Part shown: one piece after another, positions 19,789 through 28,690 of the stretch
How positions within the stretch are numbered: the stretch's first letter is position 1
Layout: every line of letters starts with the position of its first letter
Virus record (IMG/VR): IMGVR_UViG_3300029564_000003
Span: 69,289 to 133,288 of that record
Length of the DNA stretch: 64,000 bases
DNA from: a virus
Direction: 5' to 3' (one strand)
Position numbers and translations under genes: made by a program
The notes under the pieces: generated by a model
The model's database searches: none
What the model saw: the letters and a program-made list of their open reading frames with translations, nothing else
Told to the model about the DNA's origin: nothing

Positions 19789-20736
19789 ATGGCGAACGAT
19801 ATAGATGTTAGCGGGGTGATTGTGGGAGTCACCTATAAGTACAGAGAACTGTGCAATATCCTTATGGACGAGCCTTGTACTGGTAAACAGAAGATATTAC
19901 AACTAAAGCGTTGGTCTGGCTACATGAGTTGGGAGAACCCGACTACACAGAAGTACAAGATAACAGAAGTGTACGATGAGCCTACGGTTTCATCTAGGGG
20001 TGGTAAGAGGAGAAACAGCGGAAGGAAGAAGAAATTATACGATGAGTTCCTTTGGTTGTTGAACGCATTCATGCACAGGGAGTTCAACAGAAACACCTCT
20101 GGTGGACACGATGGCAAATTGTGTTCTTGCAGATTCACCGGAAACGAGATATCGAAATACTTCGGTCTGTACAACGACAACTTCCATAACGCGGTATCAG
20201 AATACTCGAAGAATCACGATGATGGGGTAGATGAGTTCTCGAAGGCGTGGTATGAGGTGTCGAAGTTGATAGCGGACATGCGCAGGAGATGGATATACAA
20301 CAGGATTGAGGACATCGACGGAGTCAAGTTCGGTTACGGAGTGATAGCGTATAAGGACAAGGATAGGTCTGAATTCGATTATCTTGACGATAAACTCGGC
20401 GATTGGAACTCGTACATGGCGAGATACATGGAGAGGCACAAGTTGAAGAACGAGGGAATGGTCGCAGATAGGGGAATGTATCTGGACATGATTAAGAACA
20501 TATCCCTCAACTTCGATGATTACGTCAGCGTCGAGAGAGTCAGGAGATTCGATTACGACATCGACATCTTGAAGGAGTATGAATTCGATGAGTATGAGGA
20601 TTACAAGAGGAAGTTCAACGATGCCGTGGTTGATGGCTTGAAGAGACACTTCGACAAGAAGGTGAGTTTAGGTGGATATGAGAATGCATACGATGGCTTC
20701 GTCAAAGTCGTCGTCGATGAATACGTGATGTTGTAA
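19789..20736 (+). CDS. hypothetical early protein (first gene of the plus-strand arm)
   Basis: 315 aa; AAGGAATGGTGG RBS; positioned immediately after the iteron array, consistent with a regulator or initiator; no recognisable motif. Confidence 0.5.
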   Translation: MANDIDVSGVIVGVTYKYRELCNILMDEPCTGKQKILQLKRWSGYMSWENPTTQKYKITEVYDEPTVSSRGGKRRNSGRKKKLYDEFLWLLNAFMHREFNRNTSGGHDGKLCSCRFTGNEISKYFGLYNDNFHNAVSEYSKNHDDGVDEFSKAWYEVSKLIADMRRRWIYNRIEDIDGVKFGYGVIAYKDKDRSEFDYLDDKLGDWNSYMARYMERHKLKNEGMVADRGMYLDMIKNISLNFDDYVSVERVRRFDYDIDILKEYEFDEYEDYKRKFNDAVVDGLKRHFDKKVSLGGYENAYDGFVKVVVDEYVML

Positions 20737-20805
20737 ATGATGTTATAAAACGACTATGGTCGTAAGACAGCTATGACAATCAGATAATACAATTGGATAT
20801 TTTTT

Positions 20806-20837
20806 GAGGGCGTCTCTTCGGAGGCGTCCTTTTTTTC
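20806..20837 (+). terminator. rho-independent terminator
   Basis: GGGCGTCTC-UUCG-GAGGCGTCC hairpin (two G-U pairs) followed by TTTTTTT. Confidence 0.6.
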
Positions 20838-21462
20838 GACGTTTTTATAAGCGCCTTTTTTTATTTGCATCTTTAAAAGACAAACAAACTTAAATACAGG
20901 GTTTATAAGCACGTCGTCTATGAAACACCCCTATGGAACGTCGATTTCAGACGGTGTGATTGTGTGACAAAACCGCTGGTAGATAGGCGTTTTTATTACT
21001 TGGTATGGGTGCGGTAATTCGTGTTTCAAGTATGAAGTTTTTATGCAGGGTATGTGTAGGAGTCTTGTTTCCGCTGGTAGACGGCTGATTACAGGGGTAG
21101 GCGAAGGTCTATTTTTGGCTGATTTTCAGTCGATTTTCAAGGCTGTTTTTGAGGTTCTCTCTAGGGCGTTTAGAGGTTCGCAAACGACAAGGGTGTTTTG
21201 GGTTCGGGTGTGATTTTGGGTTGCTGTTTGATGTGTTGCAAACGACAGGGGTGAGGGTGTGGATTTGGTGTTTTGGGTTCGGGATTTTGTGGCGTGTGTG
21301 TGGGGTGTATACGGGTTTGGTTTCAGGTTGTTTTTTGGGTCGGGGTGTGTGGGTGAAGCCCGTGGGGGGGCTGGGGCGATTCCCTAGTCGTTTACTAGGT
21401 TTAAACATGCCCCGTCCGGCACTTCGCGCCGTGCTTGTTCAAAAGTCACCGTGAGCTTTTGG

Positions 21463-21502
21463 GGATGAAAAAACGTGAGGTACCGAACATGTTTTTTCCT
21501 AC
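21463..21502. terminator. bidirectional-looking hairpin AAAAAACGTG...CATGTTTTTT
   Basis: 10-bp stem with A-run 5' and T-run 3'. Confidence 0.35.
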
Positions 21503-22495
21503 TACTTGCATAATAAAACAACCCCCTCTGTATAGTAACGCGCCGCGTTATTATATGAAACCGATTGTTAGTATATATAGTTAGAAGTTTGTCTAACAAT
21601 AGTAACGCAACGCGATACTATGCAACCCAAACCCAAACCCAAACCTTAAACCTATACTTGAACGTTAAACATAACGCCCCAAACACAACGCCTACAATCT
21701 GCCAAACCCAACTAACATATACCCCTCTGAGGGCCTCAGATGCCCCAAAAACGCCCGTTCAGTTTTCCACCTACACTTACCCCCGCCAACTGGTTATCGC
21801 CCCGTATACACGTTTCCGCAGGTAGAACCCTATATTTAGGTACCCGAACTATCGTCACTGGTATGCTGGTACGTACCAGTTGCAACACGATAGCGTACAC
21901 GTGTACGTTAAACGACACTTCGACCCGTTCTGTCGTCGATCTTATCGTGTGCTTATTTTATGTTTTCAACGTTCGACCCCTTGCATATACCTACGCTATC
22001 CGCTATATACGCGTCGCGTATGCAATATGCACGTCTAACGCGTATCCTATGCAGTCGATCGACCGCGTTTACCTGCTATTATACCGTTTACGCGCTATAT
22101 CGCCCTATTCTATGCATATCAACGCGTATACGACACCATTCTATGCAAGTACCTAAACTATGCCGTTTACCTGCGGTTTCACTAAACCATCATATATAGC
22201 ACCACTGTTTACCTGCTGTTTTGTTCAATTAAAATAGTTATTGCAATACATACCGCACCATGCGATATTGGTTTTGCCGCAAGGGGGCACGCCCCGAACG
22301 GCCGCCCGCTACGGGATGCGACCCGCGTAGCGCGTACTTTGAGAACCGAATATCGAGTTTATGAAGACTTTATGAAGACGCTAAAACGGTGCTAACATAG
22401 GGCTTGCCCCACGGGGCGGGAACCTTGATAAGAGCATACGTGGTAGGGCGCGGGGACGGGGACTGAACTGCGCCGCTACCGTGAGCGGCACTTAT

Positions 22496-22522
22496 GTTTC
22501 ACGTGAAACAGTTCACAAACAG
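22496..22522 (+). promoter_or_regulatory. operator-like element: perfect 14-bp palindrome GTTTCACGTGAAAC + AGTTCACAAACAG
   Basis: Seen in sequence; near-identical copy at 22927..22953. Confidence 0.6.
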
Positions 22523-22603
22523 GCGTGAGTACCGTTCACGGTGGGAAGACCGCCATATTCATAGGCCGTAGGGGTGAACCCTACACACACGAAAGGGGTT
22601 ATT

Positions 22604-22873
22604 ATGCCTACCATCAAGTACCACGACGCGTTCGAGCTCACGTCTCACGTGAACGACCTATGCGTGGCGCACGACGTTGCGAGTATGCATAGCGCTATGT
22701 TGTTCGGCGTGAGACTGGGCGGCATGAAAGCGGGAGACGTGTTGAACGTCTACGGTGGTTCTACGCTCACGTCCACGTTCTGTGAGTGCCCTATATTGGG
22801 CGCTGTTAAGTTCCAACTGCGAGTTATCAAGCTGTCAAACGGCAAGGGCTACGCTGTCGAGCGCGTGGCATAG
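22604..22873 (+). CDS. hypothetical protein
   Basis: AAAGGGG RBS then ATG (MPTIKYHDAFEL...). Confidence 0.5.
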   Translation: MPTIKYHDAFELTSHVNDLCVAHDVASMHSAMLFGVRLGGMKAGDVLNVYGGSTLTSTFCECPILGAVKFQLRVIKLSNGKGYAVERVA

Positions 22874-22926
22874 CACAGACCCTGGTAGCCCGTCAAACGG
22901 GCGGGCTACACCTACAATTCGCCAAC

Positions 22927-22953
22927 GTTTCACGTGAAACCATTCACAAACAG
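22927..22953 (+). promoter_or_regulatory. operator-like element GTTTCACGTGAAAC + CATTCACAAACAG (copy 2)
   Basis: Directly upstream of the RBS of the 22966 gene. Confidence 0.6.
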
Positions 22954-22965
22954 AAAGGTATCATT

Positions 22966-23181
22966 ATGTACGTTCCGTATTCTGAGCCGTTCCCCTACGT
23001 CAAGGGTATGCCTACCGTTATCCGCGTGACCGTTCACGAGCTTGACGCGCAAGACCGCCCGAATCGTTCCAAGCAGGTGCGTTATTGGGCGTGCTCTGAC
23101 GGGTTCTACCGCCCTGACGATGATGATATGCGCATCACGGGACTGTCTGTTGATAACGCATACTATTGCGCCAATTGCTAG
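22966..23181 (+). CDS. hypothetical protein (71 aa)
   Basis: GAAAGG RBS; complete ORF. Confidence 0.5.
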   Translation: MYVPYSEPFPYVKGMPTVIRVTVHELDAQDRPNRSKQVRYWACSDGFYRPDDDDMRITGLSVDNAYYCANC

Positions 23182-23282
23182 GCTGTTAATCCAATCCGCC
23201 CACTTGAAAAACAGTGGGCGGGCATGGGCGAACAGTCCAACATACCAACATGGGCAACATGCCCCGACCGAAAGGAACCATC

Positions 23283-23603
23283 ATGCACGTTACCAACATG
23301 AACAGCCCGCGCACGGGTAAGCCCGTGGCCAATCAGTTCATCATCACGGACGGCGGTATTACCGTGTTTCAGTCCTACAATTCTACCATCGCAACCATCG
23401 ACCGAAAGGAACATACTATCACGCTTGGCAAGAATTGGGACTATTCCGTTACAACTGCGAAATACCGCAACTTGTTTTTCGAGGGCGAGGGCTTTAGCCA
23501 CTTGCGGACGACGCAGAAAATCGAATCATATTTGAATTTGGTTGACCGTGGCGGGTACGTCTATGACGATTGGGGCGTTGAGTACTATATCGAGCTTGCA
23601 TAA
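23283..23603 (+). CDS. hypothetical protein (107 aa)
   Basis: GAAAGGAACC RBS before internal ATG of ORF 23214..23603. Confidence 0.5.
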   Translation: MHVTNMNSPRTGKPVANQFIITDGGITVFQSYNSTIATIDRKEHTITLGKNWDYSVTTAKYRNLFFEGEGFSHLRTTQKIESYLNLVDRGGYVYDDWGVEYYIELA

Positions 23604-23647
23604 TTTTTTCAAGCTAACAACGCGCAAAATAATTTTGCGCTAACCAC

Positions 23648-23677
23648 TTGACAACAACATAGACATGGGTTTACAAT
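23648..23677 (+). promoter_or_regulatory. sigma70-like promoter TTGACA-N18-TACAAT preceded by the palindrome GCGCAAAATAATTTTGCGC
   Basis: Hexamers and spacing read from the sequence; about 30 nt upstream of the 23708 gene. Confidence 0.4.
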
Positions 23678-23707
23678 GAACCTGTAAGAAAAACCATGAG
23701 GAAAACC

Positions 23708-24061
23708 ATGCAAACCCCTGATAGTTTCACGATGAATGGCCGCGACGCTCTGCGGAAAGTTCTGCGGAAGTTTACCGTCACGGACGAGGGCGCGGACGGC
23801 ATGGGTACGCTGTCAAATCTTTCCACGGAATTTTCATACAATGACAACCCGTGGTATAGCGTTGTCGTGGATGAAACGCGAGACGAGGAAAATTGCTACG
23901 GAATTTTGTACGTCACCCTGTATTACACAAACCCCGAGTGGGGCGTGTGTATCGCGGCGGAAAATGAATGCCGCTATGACGGTATGCACGAGCGCACGGA
24001 GATTTTGGCGCGTGAGCTTGTTGAGTGCGTCGGAATTATCGAAACTCAACTTATGGAATAA
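23708..24061 (+). CDS. hypothetical protein
   Basis: GAGGA RBS; 118 aa. Confidence 0.5.
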   Translation: MQTPDSFTMNGRDALRKVLRKFTVTDEGADGMGTLSNLSTEFSYNDNPWYSVVVDETRDEENCYGILYVTLYYTNPEWGVCIAAENECRYDGMHERTEILARELVECVGIIETQLME

Positions 24062-24167
24062 ACGGTTGTGCGGAAAATGTGGGGGTGGAAAAACCAAACC
24101 ATCCCCAACCCGCGCGGCATGATACAATAGACCCGACGGAAAAACAATCAGTAGGAAGGCTGGAAAA

Positions 24168-24416
24168 ATGACGCTGAAAGCGTTCACGGAAAAATGGATG
24201 GGACACGCTGATAACGGCTATACCGTCAATCGGTGCTTCTCATTCAAGCCTTGGTTCGGAGAATTTGAGGGGCAGACCGTGTACGTGGCTGCGGAATATT
24301 CCCGTGGCTGGTGGGAGGCGGTTCATGCCGAGACGAAAGACGGAAAATCTTTCGAGATGACGTGTACGAACGGAGAATCTAAATCAGACCTAATCAATAT
24401 GATTATGGGTTGCTAG
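24168..24416 (+). CDS. hypothetical protein (82 aa)
   Basis: Preceded by the conserved leader ACGGAAAAACAATCAGTAGGAAGGCTGGAAAAATG. Confidence 0.5.
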   Translation: MTLKAFTEKWMGHADNGYTVNRCFSFKPWFGEFEGQTVYVAAEYSRGWWEAVHAETKDGKSFEMTCTNGESKSDLINMIMGC

Positions 24417-24452
24417 ATTGCACGGAAAAACAACAGTAGGGAGAACGGAAAA

Positions 24453-24677
24453 ATGTATACTGGTTATCTTATGCCCATCGAGCAGGACATTGTCAACTGG
24501 CGCATGGAAAATCCCATGCTTGACACCATCATCACCATCATCATGTTGCTGCTCACCATCGCCGCAATCGTCTACATGCTGTCGCTCATGCGGAAAAATC
24601 AGCTCATTGAGGAGGAGCGTAGGCGCGAAGAGCGTAGGCGTAAGCGCGCGTGGATTCGCGCCAACGGCGGGCTGTAA
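24453..24677 (+). CDS. small membrane protein (one TM helix, basic C-terminus)
   Basis: Hydrophobic stretch LDTIITIIMLLLTIAAIVYMLSL; the same conserved leader as the 24168 gene. Confidence 0.5.
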   Translation: MYTGYLMPIEQDIVNWRMENPMLDTIITIIMLLLTIAAIVYMLSLMRKNQLIEEERRREERRRKRAWIRANGGL

Positions 24678-24750
24678 TAAAGCCAACGGCGGACTTTAGG
24701 CACGGCGGAAAAACACACACACAAACACACACGAGAGAGGACACGGAAAA

Positions 24751-24942
24751 ATGACTGTTAAAGAGTTCGTGGGCGCTCAGTCCACTCTGGAAAACCCCAT
24801 GAAGTTCAAAATCATCGCGCCCAATGTCAACGGCACTGGGGAAAAACTGACGGTGGAGAACTACGCAACGTTCGCGCCCATGGAAATTTTGATGTGGACT
24901 GCAACACCTGGTGGTAGTTATATCAACCTGTTCGTGGGTTAG
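24751..24942 (+). CDS. hypothetical protein (63 aa)
   Basis: ACGGAAAAATG start context. Confidence 0.45.
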   Translation: MTVKEFVGAQSTLENPMKFKIIAPNVNGTGEKLTVENYATFAPMEILMWTATPGGSYINLFVG

Positions 24943-24951
24943 GCGGAAGAT

Positions 24952-25245
24952 ATGAACAACAAGAAAAAGACTTGGCTTGCAATGATTATCATCGGATATA
25001 TCGTTGTCCTCATGGCGTATGTTATCAATGTTGTCGCGGAAAATCAGTACGCTAGTACTGCGGAAAATAAACCTACCGCCGCTGCGGAAAATACATCCGC
25101 TGTCGCGGAAGATTTGCCTACCGCTATCGAGTGCGGTTCGTGCGGTGCGCATGTGTACGAATACTGGTACTGGGAAAATATCAATGACGGTACGCCTGTA
25201 AAGATATGCCGTTACTGCTATGAGAACTGTATAGAGAATCAGTAG
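24952..25245 (+). CDS. membrane-anchored small protein with AEN repeats and C-terminal Cys cluster
   Basis: N-terminal TM helix; repeated AENxx peptides are encoded by repeated GCGGAAAAT DNA motifs. Confidence 0.45.
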   Translation: MNNKKKTWLAMIIIGYIVVLMAYVINVVAENQYASTAENKPTAAAENTSAVAEDLPTAIECGSCGAHVYEYWYWENINDGTPVKICRYCYENCIENQ

Positions 25246-26040
25246 CGGAGAACACCGCCACGGAGAATTAGTTGCCGATACGCTACCGCTTGCCGCTACG
25301 GAAAATCTCTAGCCCTACGCTGTCGCGTGGGGCTTCTGTGCTGTCGCGTTGGCGCGTGGAACTTTTCGCCATCGCGGAAAAATCGGTATGTTAGTACCAT
25401 CAATTTATAAAGTTAACCAACGGTAACAATGTAGTAGTATCAATATGTTAACCAACTATAACTATTAAGTTAACCATAGTTAACAAATGCACCATGCACC
25501 ACGCGACCCATCGTGCCACGTATCCACGCGCCACACGGAAAATCGGCCCAACGGAAAATTAGACGCGCTACAATCGCGCATCAGACGAGCAACACCACGC
25601 GCCACACAACGCCCTGGAACGCCACGGAATAACGCAAGCCTACCCACACACCCGAGACGCACGCAACGGCGGAAATATAGGCATCACAAGCCGTCACGGA
25701 AGATTGTACGTGCTGGCTCTAGCCGCTCACAGTCCATCGGCCACACGGAAAATCATACTGTGATTCAATTGTGTGGAATGTGTGAACCTATTGCAACCAC
25801 AAGGACAATCATATATATTGTAATCAATCGGTAGTCGAGCCGCTGGAAAATCAGAACATATCCAACGGAGGGGCATGGAAGAACCGTTACACTTTCTCTA
25901 CAGTTGTGCCAATATCTGCGGGTATCTCTACGCTTGTGTACCTACCAACGCTCACACGGAAAATATGTAGACCATGTGAATCTCTATATATATCTTGCGC
26001 CGCCACGGAAAATCAGATAGAGTATAACCACTAGATACAA
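25240..26040 (+). repeat. non-coding array dense in ACGGAAAAT(C)-type motifs (~14 copies / 800 bp)
   Basis: No convincing ORF; motif copies at ~25299, 25375, 25537, 25554, 25669, 25697, 25747, 25844, 25957, 26007 plus variants. Confidence 0.7.
25412..25484. repeat. four GTTAAC(C) palindromic repeats within ~75 bp
   Basis: AGTTAACCAACGGTAACAATG ... TGTTAACCAAC ... AGTTAACCATAGTTAACAAATG. Confidence 0.8.
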
Positions 26041-26062
26041 TCATCAACGGATAGGGTGAGCA

Positions 26063-26329
26063 ATGTATAATCCACTGCACAACGCGCACAACCAATACCA
26101 TCCCGCCATCGACCGCGCGGATAAAATCATGTGCCACTATCGCCGCGTTGGCGGAACTGTTGCAAGGCTTGTCGGAAAATATATCTGCACAGGATACAAC
26201 ATGCCCTGTATCGTCATATACAAGCGCGCTGACGGAAAATGTACCATCAAGAAATATGCCAAGGTACCTAAGTGTTATGCCCAAGCAGTAGCCCAAGCGG
26301 AAAATGATACCTACGAGCCATACTATTAG
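26063..26329 (+). CDS. hypothetical Cys-containing protein (88 aa)
   Basis: AGGGTGAG RBS; three ACGGAAAAT motifs lie inside it in different reading frames. Confidence 0.4.
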   Translation: MYNPLHNAHNQYHPAIDRADKIMCHYRRVGGTVARLVGKYICTGYNMPCIVIYKRADGKCTIKKYAKVPKCYAQAVAQAENDTYEPYY

Positions 26330-26452
26330 GTGGTGGCTTGAGTTGTGTGCATATATGTAGGCTTTGTGAATCTGCAAACAACAGTTGCACGGAAAATCAT
26401 TTGGTGTAATATATAAGTCGTAAGCAAGAGTGCAACCACGAGAGGAAACACC

Positions 26453-26662
26453 ATGCGTGAAATCTGGGTCAACCCCAAGAATCTCCCCAGGTTCATCAAT
26501 CTCAATGACATGATTACTGTGTATGACAACGATGATGATGTGTACGCCACCCTCAAGGTGCATTACAGCGGAATCTTTGAGAGCGGCGGGCTAGAGGGGG
26601 CTGAGTGGTTCATTGCCACGAACATTGATACGGGTGAAATCGTGCGTATCGTGATTGAGTAG
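26453..26662 (+). CDS. hypothetical protein (69 aa)
   Basis: GAGAGGAAACACC RBS. Confidence 0.5.
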   Translation: MREIWVNPKNLPRFINLNDMITVYDNDDDVYATLKVHYSGIFESGGLEGAEWFIATNIDTGEIVRIVIE

Positions 26663-26670
26663 AGGGCGCG

Positions 26671-26699
26671 GGTAGGTGAGAGCCTACCCTCTTTTTTTA
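26671..26699 (+). terminator. rho-independent terminator
   Basis: GGGTAGG-TGAGAG-CCTACCC + TCTTTTTTT. Confidence 0.65.
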
Positions 26700-26712
26700 T
26701 AGACGGAATAAA

Positions 26713-26773
26713 GTTAGCTTACGCTAACAATATAAGTTAGCTTTAGCTAACAATAAGTTAGTTAAAGCTAACA
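26713..26773. promoter_or_regulatory. three tandem 16-bp palindromic operator-like sites: GTTAGCTTACGCTAAC / GTTAGCTTTAGCTAAC / GTTAGTTAAAGCTAAC
   Basis: Seen in sequence at 26713-28, 26736-51, 26758-73; each is followed by AATA. Confidence 0.7.
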
Positions 26774-27257
26774 ATAAAATGCTACCAACGAATAACCAAT
26801 TTAATGAACACATTATGAAGATTCAATGAATACACAGGCAACACTTGACAACCACAACGCAATCAGGTTGTCAAGCAATCCGACACGGAAAAATCTAATT
26901 ATGTATTTATGCACAGTTCTCTACACAACTCAACCCAAACAACAAAACCGCAGGTAAACATAGCCGTTAGAATCGCGTGTATGGGAATATACATAACATA
27001 TGCCTATACTGTCTAGGATATGCAAACATCGCCCCAAATAGGCACATCACAGAGACGTACAAGACCATGCGATTGCGGAAGATTCGGACGATATGCACAG
27101 ACAACGAGCCAAACAACAACCATATGTGTAGCAATTGTGATGAAAAACATATACATAGTTTTCATCTTGACACACAGCGACAAAACCACATACAATATAG
27201 CCAACGCAACCAACAAAGGTTGCTAACGCAACCAACCGATAAGAGAGGACATACACC

Positions 27258-27572
27258 ATGCGTGAGTACACCGTAAGCGTTTACGCCATGAAGCACGATG
27301 ATTTGTTCGGCGGGTTTGAGACCGACTACATGAGCAGCCCAATCATTGAGCATAGGTACCCCGACAAGCAGCAAGCCGCCTATGATTTCGCCTTGCTCAA
27401 GGAGTTCCCGCGTGAGTTGTACCACACTGCCAAGGCGTGCGGAGGTAAGCCCGTGGGGTACGTTGCATTTCTTGAGTGTGTGCAAGACGAAGATATCTGC
27501 GGGTATCTTGACGTTGAGACTATCGATAGCACATCGTACACCACGGATGATTACATGCTTGAGCATAACTAG
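27258..27572 (+). CDS. hypothetical protein (104 aa)
   Basis: GAGAGGACATACACC RBS. Confidence 0.5.
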   Translation: MREYTVSVYAMKHDDLFGGFETDYMSSPIIEHRYPDKQQAAYDFALLKEFPRELYHTAKACGGKPVGYVAFLECVQDEDICGYLDVETIDSTSYTTDDYMLEHN

Positions 27573-27581
27573 CAGCAATCA

Positions 27582-27610
27582 GCCTGCCTATATGGTGGGC
27601 TTTTTCTTGC
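27582..27610 (+). terminator. probable rho-independent terminator
   Basis: GCCTGCC/GGTGGGC stem (with G-U pairs) + TTTTTC. Confidence 0.35.
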
Positions 27611-27715
27611 AGCTATAGTTATGAAGATTATATGAATATACAAACCACACTAGACACAAGCGTTATCAGTGTTAATATATAGACACGTTAAGCCACGACC
27701 GAAAGGACGCACACC

Positions 27716-27946
27716 ATGGACAACGTTACCACGCTTTATGTTTCAGAGGAAAATGAGTACGGCGAGATTCAAGACTATGAGATTGCAGTCGATACCGATT
27801 GGCTCAAAAATGAAATCATCGAGGATTTCGGTTTCAGCACTATCGAGGAGTTTATGGACGAGTACACCAGTGATGAATCATCGGAGGTTTATTGTATTGC
27901 TTCTATCACTGGACACCTTGCGAAGATTTTGCCCCCGTTGATTTAA
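27716..27946 (+). CDS. hypothetical acidic protein (76 aa)
   Basis: GAAAGGACGCACACC RBS. Confidence 0.5.
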   Translation: MDNVTTLYVSEENEYGEIQDYEIAVDTDWLKNEIIEDFGFSTIEEFMDEYTSDESSEVYCIASITGHLAKILPPLI

Positions 27947-27990
27947 GATGCATAACGGATTAAGAGTTTATCTCACAGAGAGGAATAATA

Positions 27991-28251
27991 ATGCAGTATT
28001 ACGCCATTGAGTACACCGAGACGCGCACGGCAACCTTCAATGTTCAGGCTGATAGTTATGAGGACGCTTGCGAGCGTTTCGCTAACATGCTTAACAACGA
28101 TGATATCATTTACAATGTACTTGACAATACGGACTTTGTGAACACGGATACTAATTGTCTTGGAAGCATTGGCGACGAGCCAGATGATTGTTGCGATGAC
28201 ACGATTACCGATGATGATTACAAGATGGCTATTGGTATCAAGGAGGATTAA
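27991..28251 (+). CDS. hypothetical acidic protein, paralog A1 (TNCxGxIGD family)
   Basis: Paralogous to 31418..31669 (shared ADSxEEAxER...NTDTNC.G.IGD...DYK.IG pattern). Confidence 0.55.
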   Translation: MQYYAIEYTETRTATFNVQADSYEDACERFANMLNNDDIIYNVLDNTDFVNTDTNCLGSIGDEPDDCCDDTITDDDYKMAIGIKED

Positions 28252-28253
28252 CC

Positions 28254-28493
28254 GTGTGCAAGTGGGCCGTGGTTTGCGTTTGCGCCTACGATAATCAGGT
28301 TTCGAGTGTTGACTTGTTCGATAGTTATGAGGACGCTTCTAAGTTCATGGAAAGCGACGCGGCGGAATCATACGAGGAAATGAAGGAGCACAACGCTAAT
28401 ATTTATATGGAGAATTGCGGGCAATGCGCTGAAATTGTTATCAATGGAAGTACCGATTATTTCTGGAGTATCGAGCCTACTAATATCCATTAA
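28254..28493 (+). CDS. hypothetical protein, paralog B1 (WAVVC...AEIVING family)
   Basis: Paralogous to 31996..32253. Confidence 0.55.
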   Translation: MCKWAVVCVCAYDNQVSSVDLFDSYEDASKFMESDAAESYEEMKEHNANIYMENCGQCAEIVINGSTDYFWSIEPTNIH

Positions 28494-28500
28494 AAGTAAT

Positions 28501-28533
28501 GAGAATGGGCGCGTATAACACGCGCCCTATTTT
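28501..28533 (+). terminator. rho-independent terminator
   Basis: GGGCGCGT-ATAAC-ACGCGCCC + TATTTTT. Confidence 0.7.
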
Positions 28534-28602
28534 TCTTGTCTCATAAAGTTATGAAGAAGTTATGAACTTAACAATCACACTAGACACAACACGGCACAGT
28601 GC

Positions 28603-28690
28603 TATTATATAGTTAATCGGTAGTCGCAGGTTGGCAATACCAACCCAAGGGGCAGATAAGAGCCGTGATTTATTGAGCTACAGTTGTGCG
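28603..28690 (+). repeat. ~90-bp conserved intergenic element, copy 1 (TATTATATAGTTAATCGGTAG...GAGCCGTGATTTAT..AGCTACAGTT)
   Basis: Near-identical copy at 35102..35180; partial copy ~25826..25900. Confidence 0.75.

Larger units (their letters stand above)
20840..22570. other. 1.7-kb non-coding structured region (GT-rich arm, CA-rich arm, tandem repeats, iterons)
   Basis: No credible ORF; extreme strand-compositional switch near 21500; repeats described in findings. Confidence 0.6.

Noticed and set aside
21109-21408. 99-aa minus-strand ORF (P/K/T/H-rich)
   Set aside because: It lies entirely in the GT-rich low-complexity arm. Its composition is a direct read-out of the C/A-rich complement, with no RBS or context, so it is treated as non-coding.
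21150-21780. Diversity-generating retroelement (TR/VR) interpretation of the A-poor GT-rich repeats
   Set aside because: There is no reverse transcriptase gene in the window and the repeats are not adjacent to a target gene 3' end.
25487-25834. 115-aa plus-strand ORF (R/T/P-rich)
   Set aside because: Low-complexity translation of the motif-dense A/C-rich array. The in-frame repeats derive from the ACGGAAAAT DNA motif, and there is no convincing start context.
19636-26040. CRISPR array interpretation of the iteron and motif repeats
   Set aside because: Repeat units are only 8-14 bp, or are irregularly spaced, with no uniform repeat-spacer periodicity and no cas genes.
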